Part shown: positions 1 to 8,852 of the stretch, piece after piece | Position numbering within the stretch: position 1 is the stretch's first letter | Layout of the letters: each line of letters starts with the position of its first letter | Source: a virus | Taxonomy: Duplodnaviria; Heunggongvirae; Uroviricota; Caudoviricetes | Strand: one strand, 5' to 3' | Virus record (IMG/VR): IMGVR_UViG_2713896908_000005 | Length of the DNA stretch: 37,921 nt | The notes under the pieces: model-generated | What the model was told of the DNA's origin: nothing | Database searches by the model: none | Seen by the model: only the letters and a program-made list of their open reading frames with translations | Position numbers and translations under genes: made by a program

Positions 1-125
1 TGCTGGGGCAGGCCTTTTTCCATGTCGTCTGCCAGTTCTGCCTCTTTCTCTTCACGGGCGATCTGCTGGTAGTGACGCGCCCAGCTCTGAGCCTCAAGAC
101 GATCCTGAATGTAATAAGCGTTCAT
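1..125 (-). CDS. hypothetical phage early protein, N-terminal part only (gene runs off the left edge)
   Basis: Minus-strand ATG at 125-123 with AGGAG-type SD about 7 nt upstream (rc of 133-137); frame open to position 1; begins [41 protein letters not shown]; no family recognised. Confidence 0.4.
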   Translation of the reverse strand, partial: MNAYYIQDRLEAQSWARHYQQIAREEKEAELADDMEKGLPQ

Positions 126-200
126 GGCTGAACTCCTGAAAATGGCTGTGAAAATATCGCCCGCGAAATGCCAGGCTGATTAGGAAAACAGGAAAGGGGA

Positions 201-491
201 TTAGTGATTCAGGCCGTTACCGCGTCCGTCGAGAAAAACTTCCACGAGCAAATCACGGGTATAAGTGCGCTCGATGCCGCGATGCAGATAAAGCCGTCCG
301 CGTAAATTAGCTGATGCAGTCCAGGTACCATCTTTGTGTTTGACCAGCATTCCTGGCATGACCGCACCTCGATTAACGGTCTGCGTTCCATAATGTTGAT
401 GAACCATAAAAACTCCTGCCCGTAAGCTGGGCTGCTGAACATATAGAGACTTCTGCGCGTATTCAGGCGGTGGATGGCCGCCGGTTGTCAT
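201..491 (-). CDS. hypothetical protein (96 aa) in leftward early operon
   Basis: ORF from six-frame track; same orientation as repressor gene and downstream of the OL-like operator array; no recognisable motif (not N-like, no Arg-rich N-terminus). Confidence 0.35.
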   Translation of the reverse strand: MTTGGHPPPEYAQKSLYVQQPSLRAGVFMVHQHYGTQTVNRGAVMPGMLVKHKDGTWTASANLRGRLYLHRGIERTYTRDLLVEVFLDGRGNGLNH

Positions 492-659
492 AACTAAGCC
501 GCCTCGTTGAAGCGACTAAGGTATGAAATGTTGAGTTAATTTCAGCTGGTCACACCGACGTTCACGCGTCCGTTTCACCCCTCGCACTCCCCGAAGCCTG
601 CTGAAATTCAAACTGCGGATCTAAGCGGTCATCGCAACGGTGAATCAGGTAGTTGCCGT

Positions 660-760
660 ATCGTTGTGTTGTTGCGATGAATTTATTTAAAACTATAGTT
701 GTTTTATCGTCAACAACAAAAGTTGTTTTATTGGTTGTTTTAGATATAACTGGTTGTATT
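660..760. promoter_or_regulatory. OL-like operator array: clustered GTTGTT / AACAAC half-sites
   Basis: Repeated motifs gttgtgttgttg (663-674), AGTTGTTTTA (698-707 and 721-730), caacaacaa (711-719), GGTTGTTTT (733-741), GGTTGTA (752-758); same half-site as the palindromic operator between the repressor and cro-like genes. Confidence 0.45.
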
Positions 761-854
761 TAGGATGGATTTATTTTGTGACTTGAATCGCATAGCGATA
801 ACTGAAGCGAGGTTATGGTGGTTTTTTTAACGGTGTGTGTGATGAGGGGAGGGC

Positions 855-881
855 AAAAGAAAACCCGGCACGGTGACCGGG
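855..881 (-). terminator. putative intrinsic terminator downstream of repressor gene (minus strand)
   Basis: CCCGG(864-868)/CCGGG(877-881) 5-bp stem with 8-nt loop; on the minus strand it is followed by UUUUCUUUU (rc of 855-863). Confidence 0.45.
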
Positions 882-1002
882 ATTCTTACGCCGTTAGGTA
901 AAGATATTATTGCGGTGGCTTAATATTACTACCTAGAGCAAAGATAGGAATTAGTTCTTTACTGAATGAGCACAATGCCCAGTTGATAATTTTTAATTGG
1001 TA

Positions 1003-1692
1003 CTACCCATGCTTCCTATATGTCTGCGGCATGCTCCCAATAACCTTACCGAAGATGAACACCCGGTTCATCTCGTCTTTCTCGATCGGGTCCCACGGTG
1101 AGTAGCTTTTGTTATCAGAGATGACCAGCAGCTTATCCTTCATCATTTGCAGGCGCTTTACATGGGCTGTGTCGTCGTACAGAAACGCATAGATACCATC
1201 ACCGTCGAAAGATTTAACTGTGATATCAACGAACAGCAGATCACCTGGTTCGATCGTTCCTGACATGCTGTCACCACGCACGTTAATGATGCGGATATTT
1301 TCCGCTTTCCTACCATCGAACATGTGACGAGCATCGTCAAACGAGTACTCAACCGAGCGTAGAACTTCTACAAACTCACGGTTGATGACTCCCGGCCCAG
1401 CACTGACTTCTATATCAAGAACGTCAATCTTGAAGTATTTGGAATGGCTGACAGTTGATTGTATTGGTTGCACTGTACTGTCTGACATATTTCCAACGCC
1501 AGAAGATAACCATTCTGCGCGCACACCCAAAGCGTTCGCGATCTCCACGATTTTAGTTGTTTGATTAGCTTTCCCTGTTTCGATTTTCTGAATAGCAGCC
1601 TGGCTAACCCCGACCAAATCCCCAAGCGCCTTTTGTGTAAGGCCTCGCGCTAATCTGGCTTCTTTAAGTCTTTCTGAGAGTGTTGTTTTCAT
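1003..1692 (-). CDS. CI-like prophage repressor (N-terminal HTH, C-terminal S24/LexA-type autopeptidase)
   Basis: Start taken at internal ATG 1692 (MKTTLSERLKEARLARGLTQKALGDLVGVSQAAIQKIE = XRE-type HTH); C-terminal half has Ala-Gly (SAGPG) cleavage-site candidate, GDSM catalytic-serine motif and a downstream Lys (HVKRL); divergent to a cro-like gene. Confidence 0.85.
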   Translation of the reverse strand: MKTTLSERLKEARLARGLTQKALGDLVGVSQAAIQKIETGKANQTTKIVEIANALGVRAEWLSSGVGNMSDSTVQPIQSTVSHSKYFKIDVLDIEVSAGPGVINREFVEVLRSVEYSFDDARHMFDGRKAENIRIINVRGDSMSGTIEPGDLLFVDITVKSFDGDGIYAFLYDDTAHVKRLQMMKDKLLVISDNKSYSPWDPIEKDEMNRVFIFGKVIGSMPQTYRKHG

Positions 1693-1796
1693 AGTCCAAA
1701 TGTACAACCAAGGTTTTATTCCATCAAACGAAAATGGTTGTTGACTAAAAACAACCATAGTTTTAATCTTGATTCAAATTAACCACGGAGGTTGTT
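1693..1796. promoter_or_regulatory. OR-like immunity operator/promoter region between repressor and cro-like genes
   Basis: 25-bp palindrome ATGGTTGTT-gactaaa-AACAACCAT at 1734-1758 plus extra half-sites ACAACCA (1704-1710) and GGTTGTT (1791-1797); rightward TTGACT (1741-1746) -N17- TAATCT (1764-1769); leftward TTGATG (rc 1722-1727) -N17- TACATT (rc 1699-1704) ending about 7 nt from the repressor ATG, implying a leaderless repressor mRNA as at lambda PRM. Confidence 0.6.
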
Positions 1797-2027
1797 ATGA
1801 ACCCAGCTATCAAAACAGCGATCAATATCGTTGGTTCACAAAAGAAACTGGGCGCTGCTTGCGAAGTTTCACAGCAGGCCGTCTATAAGTGGCTTCACAA
1901 CAAAGCAAAGGTATCCCCTGAACATGTCGGCAGCATTGTTACGGCTACTGGTGGAGTAGTGAAGGCATACCAGATTCGCCCGGATCTTCCGAAGTTGTTT
2001 CCACACACCGAAAAGAACGCAGCTTAA
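1797..2027 (+). CDS. Cro/YdaS-like small HTH regulator
   Basis: 76-aa ORF divergent from repressor with GGAGG SD; HTH-like segment QKKLGAACEVSQQAVYKWL; position and size typical of cro/ydaS. Confidence 0.7.
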   Translation: MNPAIKTAINIVGSQKKLGAACEVSQQAVYKWLHNKAKVSPEHVGSIVTATGGVVKAYQIRPDLPKLFPHTEKNAA

Positions 2028-2096
2028 ATTTCCATTTCACGCTCTTTAACAATAAGCAATCAACTTAACAGTCAATTCAAACTAAAGGAGTCAATT

Positions 2097-2636
2097 ATGC
2101 AACCACTTACATACCAACAGACTAGCGGATTTAGCCCGACTGCGGTGATAAATCGTTCTCAAACAAAACAGGTGCCAGGCCACGAAAAAATCCGTGATGC
2201 CGTCCGCGCCTGGTCGGCTGTAGATAATCAGGATGTCGTTGCCACACTCATTGTGAATGAGTATCGGGAGCAGGGCGGCGGCACCATCGATTTCCCTGAT
2301 GATGTCAGCCGTGCACGCCAGAAGCTGTTCCGCTTCCTCGATAACAAATTCGATTCTGAAAAATACCGAAATAACGTGCGTGAACTGACCCCGGCAATTC
2401 TGGCGGTACTACCGCTGGAATATCGCGGTTACCTGGTTGAGCAGGATAGCTTCATGGCTAGGTTGGCTGAAATGGAAAAGGAACTCAGTGAGGCAAAACA
2501 GGCTGTCATTCTCAACGCACCACGCCACCAGAAACTGAAGGAAATTAGTGAAGGTATTGTGTCGATGTTTCGTGTGGACCCAGATCTGGCTGGTCCATTG
2601 ATGGCGATGGTTACTACCATGCTGGGGGCGATATGA
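2097..2636 (+). CDS. YdaT-like protein (occupies the cII position)
   Basis: 179-aa ORF with AAGGAG SD; motifs EYREQGGG and LTPAILAVLP resemble what I recall of Rac YdaT; assignment from memory, not searched. Confidence 0.5.
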   Translation: MQPLTYQQTSGFSPTAVINRSQTKQVPGHEKIRDAVRAWSAVDNQDVVATLIVNEYREQGGGTIDFPDDVSRARQKLFRFLDNKFDSEKYRNNVRELTPAILAVLPLEYRGYLVEQDSFMARLAEMEKELSEAKQAVILNAPRHQKLKEISEGIVSMFRVDPDLAGPLMAMVTTMLGAI

Positions 2637-2722
2637 CAGGTTCAGAAATGGCGAAAGCCGGTCTGCTGGAACAGAACCGACTTTCAGGTGCAAATCGTAA
2701 CACACTCATTGCGGGAGGAATT

Positions 2723-3652
2723 ATGGCAAACACTGCTGAGATATTCAATTTTCCAGTGCCGGATGCGGCACAAAAGGAGCCGCGCGTGGCAGATCTCGAT
2801 GATGGTTATACGCGCATTGCAAATGAGTTGCTGGAAGCTGTGATGCTGGCCGGATTAACACAGCACCAGCTTCTGGTCTTTCTGGCTGTCATGCGCAAAA
2901 CATATGGCTTTAATAAAAAACTGGATTGGGTTAGCAACGAGCAACTTTCCGAATTAACCGGGATATTGCCGCACAAGTGTTCTGCTGCAAAAAGTGTTCT
3001 GGTAAAGCGTGGGATTTTTATTCAGAGCGGGCGGAATACCGGCATTAATAATGTGGTCAGTGAATGGTCAACATTACCCGAATCAGGTAAGAAAAATAAA
3101 GTTTACCTGAAAGAGGTAAATTTACCTGAATCAGGTAAAAAAAGTTTACCCAAATCAGGTAAAGGCGTTTACCCGAATCAGGTAAACACAAAAGACAAAC
3201 TAACAAAAGACAATATAAAACCTTTTTCGTCCGAGAATTCTGGCGAATCCTCTGACCAACCAGAAAACGATCTTCCTGTGGTGAAACCGGATGCTGCAAT
3301 TCAGAGCGGCAGCAAGTGGGGGACAGCAGAAGACCTGACCGCCGCAGAGTGGATGTTTGACATGGTGAAGACCATCGCGCCATCAGCCAGAAAACCGAAT
3401 TTTGCAGGGTGGGCTAACGATATCCGCCTGATGCGTGAACGTGACGGACGTAACCACCGCGACATGTGCGTGCTGTTCCGCTGGGCATGCCAGGACAACT
3501 TCTGGTCCGGTAACGTGCTAAGTCCGGCCAAACTCCGCGACAAGTGGACCCAGCTCGAAATCAACCGAAACAAGCAACAGGCTGGCGTGACAGCCGGCAA
3601 ACCAAAACTCGACCTGACGAACACTGACTGGATTTACGGGGTGGAGCTATGA
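2723..3652 (+). CDS. O: replication initiator, lambda O-like
   Basis: Start chosen at ATG 2723 (GGAGG SD) rather than ORF start 2633; N-terminus MANTAEIFNF...ADLDDGYTRIANELLEA...LAVMRKTYGFNK and C-terminus LDLTNTDWIYGVEL parallel lambda O as I recall it; iterons lie inside the gene. Confidence 0.85.
   Translation: MANTAEIFNFPVPDAAQKEPRVADLDDGYTRIANELLEAVMLAGLTQHQLLVFLAVMRKTYGFNKKLDWVSNEQLSELTGILPHKCSAAKSVLVKRGIFIQSGRNTGINNVVSEWSTLPESGKKNKVYLKEVNLPESGKKSLPKSGKGVYPNQVNTKDKLTKDNIKPFSSENSGESSDQPENDLPVVKPDAAIQSGSKWGTAEDLTAAEWMFDMVKTIAPSARKPNFAGWANDIRLMRERDGRNHRDMCVLFRWACQDNFWSGNVLSPAKLRDKWTQLEINRNKQQAGVTAGKPKLDLTNTDWIYGVEL
3074..3186. repeat. origin-of-replication iterons (5 copies of an approx 19-bp unit) inside the O-like gene
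   Basis: Units TTACCCGAATCAGGTAA (3074-3090), TTTACCTGAAAGAGGTAAA (3102-3120), TTTACCTGAATCAGGTAAA (3121-3139), TTTACCCAAATCAGGTAAA (3145-3163), TTTACCCGAATCAGGTAAA (3168-3186); each unit is an inverted repeat (TTTACC..GGTAAA); followed by an A-rich tract 3187-3235. Confidence 0.85.
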
Positions 3653-4350
3653 AAAACATCGCCGCACAGATGGTTAACTTTGACTGTGAGCAGATGCGCC
3701 GGATCGCCAACAACATGCCGGAACAGTACGACGAAAAGCCACAGGTACAGCAGGTAGCGCAGATCATCAACGGTGTGTTCAGCCAGTTACTGGCAACTTT
3801 CCCGGCGAGCCTGGCTAACCGTGACCAGAATGAACTGAACGAAATCCGCCGCCAGTGGGTTCTGGCTTTCCGGGAAAACGGGATCACCACAATGGAACAG
3901 GTTAACGCTGGAATGCGCGTAGCCCGTCGGCAGAATCGACCATTCCTGCCATCACCCGGGCAGTTTGTCGCCTGGTGCCGGGAAGAAGCATCTGTTAACG
4001 CCGGGCTGCCAAACGTCAGCGAGCTGGTTGATATGGTTTACGAGTATTGCCGGAAGCGTGGACTGTATCCGGATGCAGAGTCTTATCCGTGGAAATCGAA
4101 CGCGCATTACTGGTTGGTTACCAACTTGTACCAGAACATGCGGGCCAATGCGCTGACTGACGCGGAATTACGGCGCAAGGCTGCCGATGAACTGACCTGT
4201 ATGACAGCGCGAATTAACCGTGGTGAGACGATACCTGAACCAGTAAAACAACTTCCTGTTATGGGCGGTAGACCTCTAAATCGTGCACAGGCTCTGGCGA
4301 AGATCGCAGAAATTAAAGCTAAGTTCGGACTGAAAGGAGCAAGTGTATGA
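3649..4350 (+). CDS. P: replication protein P-like (DnaB helicase loader)
   Basis: 233-aa product (MKNIAAQMVNFD...KAKFGLKGASV) closely matches lambda P as I recall it, including length; start overlaps the O stop. Confidence 0.9.
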   Translation: MKNIAAQMVNFDCEQMRRIANNMPEQYDEKPQVQQVAQIINGVFSQLLATFPASLANRDQNELNEIRRQWVLAFRENGITTMEQVNAGMRVARRQNRPFLPSPGQFVAWCREEASVNAGLPNVSELVDMVYEYCRKRGLYPDAESYPWKSNAHYWLVTNLYQNMRANALTDAELRRKAADELTCMTARINRGETIPEPVKQLPVMGGRPLNRAQALAKIAEIKAKFGLKGASV

Positions 4351-4649
4351 CGGGCAAAGAGGCAATTATTCATTACCTGGGGACGCATAAGAGCTTCTGT
4401 GCACAGGACGTTGCCGCGGTAACAGGCGCAACCGTAACCAGCATAAATCAGGCTGCGGCTAAAATGGCGCGGGCAGGAATCCTGGTCGTTGATGGTAAGG
4501 TCTGGCGAACGGTGTATTACCGGTTCGCTACCAGAGAAGAACGGGAAGGAAAGGTGAGCACGAATCTGATTTTTAAGGAGTGTCGCCAGAGTGCCGCGAT
4601 GAAACGGGTATTGAGGGTATATAAAAGAACATCAATGGGTACACAATGA
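4347..4649 (+). CDS. ren: Ren-like protein
   Basis: MTGKEAIIHYLGTH...VWRTVYYRFATREEREGK matches my recollection of lambda Ren; ATGA overlap with the P stop. Confidence 0.8.
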   Translation: MTGKEAIIHYLGTHKSFCAQDVAAVTGATVTSINQAAAKMARAGILVVDGKVWRTVYYRFATREEREGKVSTNLIFKECRQSAAMKRVLRVYKRTSMGTQ

Positions 4650-4716
4650 TGAAACAGGTGAGTTGAGTTCAAACTGTAGTACAATTCTCTCCAGTTTGAA
4701 CAGGAAAGAATATGTT

Positions 4717-5049
4717 ATGAACCCTTATATTTATCTTGGTGGTGCAATACTTGCAGAGGTCATTGGTACAACCTTAATGAAGTTTTCAGAAGGTTTTACA
4801 CGGTTATGGCCATCTGTTGGTACAATTATTTGTTATTGTGCATCATTCTGGTTATTAGCTCAGACGCTGGCTTATATTCCTACAGGGATTGCTTATGCTA
4901 TCTGGTCAGGAGTCGGTATTGTCCTGATTAGCTTACTGTCATGGGGATTTTTCGGCCAACGGCTGGACCTGCCAGCCATTATAGGCATGATGTTGATTTG
5001 TGCCGGTGTGTTGGTTATTAATTTATTGTCACGAAGCACACCACATTAA
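4717..5049 (+). CDS. emrE: small multidrug resistance (SMR) efflux transporter EmrE
   Basis: Start at internal ATG 4717; 110-aa product MNPYIYLGGAILAEVIGTTLMKFSEGFTRLWPS... with four hydrophobic helices and the conserved membrane-embedded Glu (AEVIGT); matches E. coli EmrE as recalled. Confidence 0.9.
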   Translation: MNPYIYLGGAILAEVIGTTLMKFSEGFTRLWPSVGTIICYCASFWLLAQTLAYIPTGIAYAIWSGVGIVLISLLSWGFFGQRLDLPAIIGMMLICAGVLVINLLSRSTPH

Positions 5050-5080
5050 AAATAATTTGTTTCTAAACGACTAAAATATG

Positions 5081-5114
5081 GAGGCTCTTATATTTATATG
5101 AGCCTCGTTTTATG
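5081..5114 (+). terminator. intrinsic terminator after emrE
   Basis: Perfect 7-bp stem GAGGCTC (5081-5087) / GAGCCTC (5100-5106), 12-nt AT loop, then T-rich run gttttatgcttttt. Confidence 0.6.
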
Positions 5115-5304
5115 CTTTTTGTTAATGTCTTTATTTTTTATGTATTCTTTTGTGCTTTCAAGATTATGGCGTAAGAAAATTGCAATACGATTATTGTTGT
5201 ATATTCAAGATAATGTGACCTTAATTGTCTTTTTAAATAAAAATTAAACAAAAATTATATCCCACCACTAAGGTTTATAAAAGCATACGTTAGCAGGTGT
5301 CACC

Positions 5305-6831
5305 ATGAAAAAAGCCATAGCATATATGCGATTTTCATCACCAGGTCAGATGTCTGGCGACTCATTAAACCGACAGAGAAGACTTATTGCTGAATGGTTA
5401 AAGGTAAATGGTGATTATTATCTTGATACCATAACATATGAAGATTTAGGATTAAGTGCATTCAAAGGAAAGCATGCACAATCAGGAGCTTTTTCGGAAT
5501 TTTTAGATGCTATAGAGCATGGTTATATATTGCCAGGAACTACATTGTTAGTTGAAAGTCTGGACAGACTTTCAAGAGAAAAAGTCGGTGAAGCGATTGA
5601 ACGTCTGAAATTGATTTTGAATCACGGTATTGATGTTATAACTCTTTGCGACAATACAGTCTATAATATTGACTCTTTGAATGAGCCATATTCATTAATA
5701 AAAGCCATACTTATAGCACAAAGGGCAAATGAAGAAAGCGAGATAAAGTCAAGTCGGGTTAAATTATCATGGAAGAAAAAACGGCAGGATGCACTGGAAT
5801 CAGGTACGATTATGACGGCGTCTTGTCCGAGATGGCTCTCCTTAGATGACAAAAGAACGGCTTTTGTTCCAGACCCCGACAGGGTGAAAACTATTGAGCT
5901 AATTTTTAAACTCAGGATGGAAAGGCGCTCATTGAATGCAATAGCCAAGTATTTAAATGATCATGCTGTAAAGAATTTCTCAGGAAAAGAAAGTGCATGG
6001 GGACCTTCTGTAATTGAAAAATTATTAGCGAATAAAGCTCTGATAGGTATATGCGTACCTTCATATCGTGCAAGAGGGAAAGGGATAAGTGAAATCGCTG
6101 GCTATTATCCCAGAGTCATATCAGATGATTTGTTTTACGCTGTACAGGAAATTCGGTTGGCACCTTTTGGTATTAGCAATAGTAGCAAGAATCCTATGCT
6201 AATAAATCTACTTCGAACAGTTATGAAGTGTGAGGCTTGTGGTAATACCATGATTGTTCATGCGGTATCTGGAAGTTTGCATGGCTATTATGTTTGTCCG
6301 ATGAGAAGATTACATCGATGTGACAGGCCATCAATAAAAAGAGATTTGGTTGATTATAATATCATTAATGAATTGCTTTTTAATTGTAGCAAAATTCAAC
6401 CAGTTGAAAACAAGAAAGATGCTAATGAAACTTTAGAGTTAAAAATTATTGAGCTTCAGATGAAAATTAATAATTTAATCGTTGCATTGTCTGTCGCGCC
6501 TGAAGTTACCGCTATAGCAGAGAAAATAAGACTATTAGATAAGGAATTACGAAGGGCTTCGGTATCATTGAAAACTTTGAAGAGTAAAGGTGTAAATTCA
6601 TTCAGTGATTTTTATGCTATTGACTTAACCAGTAAAAATGGACGAGAGTTATGCCGTACACTTGCCTATAAAACATTCGAAAAAATCATAATTAATACGG
6701 ATAATAAAACCTGTGATATCTATTTTATGAATGGCATTGTTTTTAAACACTATCCTTTAATGAAAGTAATATCCGCCCAGCAGGCGATAAGTGCTCTCAA
6801 ATATATGGTTGATGGTGAGGTTTATTTTTGA
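5305..6831 (+). CDS. ybcK: large serine recombinase (YbcK-like)
   Basis: 508 aa; N-terminal resolvase-type catalytic domain (AIAYMRFSSPGQ with candidate nucleophile Ser, later LDRLSR), long C-terminal extension with Cys cluster (CEACGNT...YYVCPMRRLHRC) and coiled coil; AT-rich, follows emrE as in DLP12. Confidence 0.8.
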   Translation: MKKAIAYMRFSSPGQMSGDSLNRQRRLIAEWLKVNGDYYLDTITYEDLGLSAFKGKHAQSGAFSEFLDAIEHGYILPGTTLLVESLDRLSREKVGEAIERLKLILNHGIDVITLCDNTVYNIDSLNEPYSLIKAILIAQRANEESEIKSSRVKLSWKKKRQDALESGTIMTASCPRWLSLDDKRTAFVPDPDRVKTIELIFKLRMERRSLNAIAKYLNDHAVKNFSGKESAWGPSVIEKLLANKALIGICVPSYRARGKGISEIAGYYPRVISDDLFYAVQEIRLAPFGISNSSKNPMLINLLRTVMKCEACGNTMIVHAVSGSLHGYYVCPMRRLHRCDRPSIKRDLVDYNIINELLFNCSKIQPVENKKDANETLELKIIELQMKINNLIVALSVAPEVTAIAEKIRLLDKELRRASVSLKTLKSKGVNSFSDFYAIDLTSKNGRELCRTLAYKTFEKIIINTDNKTCDIYFMNGIVFKHYPLMKVISAQQAISALKYMVDGEVYF

Positions 6832-7352
6832 GTAATAATCACTTTTTCAACCGTGCTATGGTATGAAAGTAAAGTAACTACTATGATATTAACTATCTTG
6901 AACGAAGCGCCCTGAGCTATGGTTTTGCTATAGGGACTGCCAATGGGGGCTGGCATTCTCGCTCCAGTAGTTCAATAATACTCAATCACAAAACAATTCA
7001 CTGATAACAAACTTTGCACACTTGCTTGGTTATGGCGAGCAAGTGATGTGATGTTAACCGTCTGCCAGAACATTACTTCACTTCTTCAAGTGGCGGAACA
7101 TTGCGAATCCGGTAACTTTGCTTCCATCGAGCAAGAATATCCCCAGGTACTCAACAGGGCGCAGGTCAACGTGAATCGGTCATGACACGACACCGATTTT
7201 GCGGAATGTTTCGAAGGTAAACTATTGGATGCCTCTATCAGCAACAACACAGCAAGAGCAGAAGTGATGGACGACACGTTCAGAGCAATGATTCAGCGCG
7301 TCGAGGATGCGAAAGGAAAACTGTAACCACAGAGAAAGAGCTTGTTTCATGT

Positions 7353-7625
7353 GTGAAGGAGCGCAGTAACAGGACATTTGAAGCCCGTTACTACCTTCAA
7401 AACAGCAATCTACAAACTGTGCTCGAACAGGGAATGGTGATAAGCAGAGACGCGTTAGAAAACTATGAAGCTGGAAATCTGATATCCGACATCCTGCCAC
7501 AGCAATCACCTGAAGATGCGGTACTAAAAATGGTTGACTGTCTCAAGCGCCTTGGAGCTGCTACCGAAGCTAATTTTAAAAACAATAAGGATGAAAATGT
7601 GGATCCCGAAAACTACGTTGTGTAA
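7353..7625 (+). CDS. hypothetical ORF, possibly the 3-prime piece of a frameshifted gene
   Basis: 90-codon ORF with GTG start and no clear SD; the reading frame continues upstream and two other frames carry adjacent open stretches (see finding). Confidence 0.2.
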   Translation: MKERSNRTFEARYYLQNSNLQTVLEQGMVISRDALENYEAGNLISDILPQQSPEDAVLKMVDCLKRLGAATEANFKNNKDENVDPENYVV

Positions 7626-7769
7626 CGTAAGGTTAAATGAGGCTATTAAATGTTGTGATATCAATAGATATATATAGAGTAATTTTCGTTATAATTAACT
7701 GTTCTGGGATATCGGACTATGATGGTCTCCAGAATTGAGAATATTTATCAACTTAATGATAGAGGGACT

Positions 7770-8036
7770 ATGAAAATTTACAGCCTTGGTGAAGAGACAA
7801 TCAATAGCATTGTTGAAGAAGATAAAAAATTGTCTGAGCAGGTGCAGATTATTGACGATTATATCGTTATCAATGTTGCTTATGAATACAACATCCCGCT
7901 TAGTACATGTTCAACACATCAGCAAATTTTGAACTGGGTGTGGCACTTAACTGAAAAAACATGGATGACACAAAATGTTACTCGTCGCTTCATTGAAGTA
8001 GCTTGTGGATATCACAAGCTAGACTATCGCCAATGA
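7770..8036 (+). CDS. hypothetical small protein (88 aa), AT-rich cargo gene
   Basis: Start at internal ATG 7770 with AGAGGGA SD; AT-rich unlike neighbouring nin genes; followed by a 10-bp perfect hairpin. Confidence 0.4.
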   Translation: MKIYSLGEETINSIVEEDKKLSEQVQIIDDYIVINVAYEYNIPLSTCSTHQQILNWVWHLTEKTWMTQNVTRRFIEVACGYHKLDYRQ

Positions 8037-8078
8037 TATTCAATTTTTGATTTTTTAGTATCAACCTTCCATAATAAT

Positions 8079-8107
8079 GTCACCGGAGCTTGAACAACTC
8101 CGGTGAC
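8079..8107 (+). terminator. stem-loop downstream of the small AT-rich gene (possible terminator)
   Basis: GTCACCGGAG (8079-8088) / CTCCGGTGAC (8098-8107) perfect 10-bp stem, 9-nt loop; only a weak T-tract follows (ttctgcgcattt). Confidence 0.3.
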
Positions 8108-8226
8108 TTCTGCGCATTTAAGGGGACTTAAATGCGACCACAATCTGAACTCCTTACCTTGTCACAGATGCAGAAATGCACCTGCGATGTCTTGCATCCA
8201 GCGTTTGATCTCTGCGGAGGTGAAGC

Positions 8227-8682
8227 GTGAACCTCCCACAAGATGGTATCAAATTGCATCGCGGTAACTTCACCGCTATCGGTCGGCAGATCCAGCCTTA
8301 TCTGGAGGACGGCAAATGCTTTCGCATGGTGCTTAAACCGTGGCGCGAGAGACGCAGTCTTTCCCAGAATGCACTCAGCCACATGTGGTACAGCGAAATC
8401 AGTGAATACCTCATCAGCAGGGGTAAAACGTTCGCCACTCCAGCTTGGGTAAAAGATGCTCTCAAACACACATATCTCGGTTATGAAACCAAAGACCTGG
8501 TTGATGTCGTAACCGGTGATATCACCACTATCCAGTCGTTACGCCATACCTCCGATCTTGATACCGGAGAGATGTATGTCTTCCTGTGTAAGGTTGAAGC
8601 CTGGGCGGTGAATATTGGCTGCCACCTGACTATTCCGCAGAGCTGCGAGTTCCAGCTGCTCCGCGACAAGCAGGAGGCGTAA
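8227..8682 (+). CDS. ninB: NinB-like recombination protein (lambda Orf family)
   Basis: GTG start at 8227 with GGAGG SD 6 nt upstream; [20 protein letters not shown] parallels the conserved RSLDQN region of lambda NinB as I recall it; size about 150 aa. Confidence 0.7.
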   Translation: MNLPQDGIKLHRGNFTAIGRQIQPYLEDGKCFRMVLKPWRERRSLSQNALSHMWYSEISEYLISRGKTFATPAWVKDALKHTYLGYETKDLVDVVTGDITTIQSLRHTSDLDTGEMYVFLCKVEAWAVNIGCHLTIPQSCEFQLLRDKQEA

Positions 8683-8852
8683 TGGCTACACCGCTTATTC
8701 GTGTCATGAACGGACACATCTACAGAGTATCAAATCGTCGTAAGCGTAAGCCTGAGCTGAAGCCATCCGAAATACCAACACTGCTCGGATATACCGCTAG
8801 CCTGGTTGATAAAAAATGGTTGCGACTGGCAGCAAGGAGGAATCATGGCTGA
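8682..8852 (+). CDS. ninE: NinE-like small protein
   Basis: 56-codon ORF below the track threshold: [56 protein letters not shown]; overlaps ninB stop and ybcO start; matches recalled DLP12 NinE. Confidence 0.55.
   Translation: MATPLIRVMNGHIYRVSNRRKRKPELKPSEIPTLLGYTASLVDKKWLRLAARRNHG

Noticed and set aside
2633-2722. N-terminal extension of the O-like ORF (track start 2633)
   Set aside because: No SD; the ATG at 2723 has a GGAGG SD and aligns with the lambda O N-terminus; the extension is probably untranslated.
3074-3186. Short direct repeats as a possible CRISPR array
   Set aside because: Repeats are 19-bp imperfect palindromes with 20-27-bp spacing inside a replication-initiator gene; this is an iteron origin, not repeat-spacer architecture.
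3057-3890. Antisense ORFs of about 100 aa inside the O/P genes
   Set aside because: Embedded opposite to confidently assigned genes; no start signals; typical spurious antisense frames.
8132-8227. 31-codon ORF immediately upstream of ninB
   Set aside because: Very short, no SD, no recognisable features; likely leader sequence.
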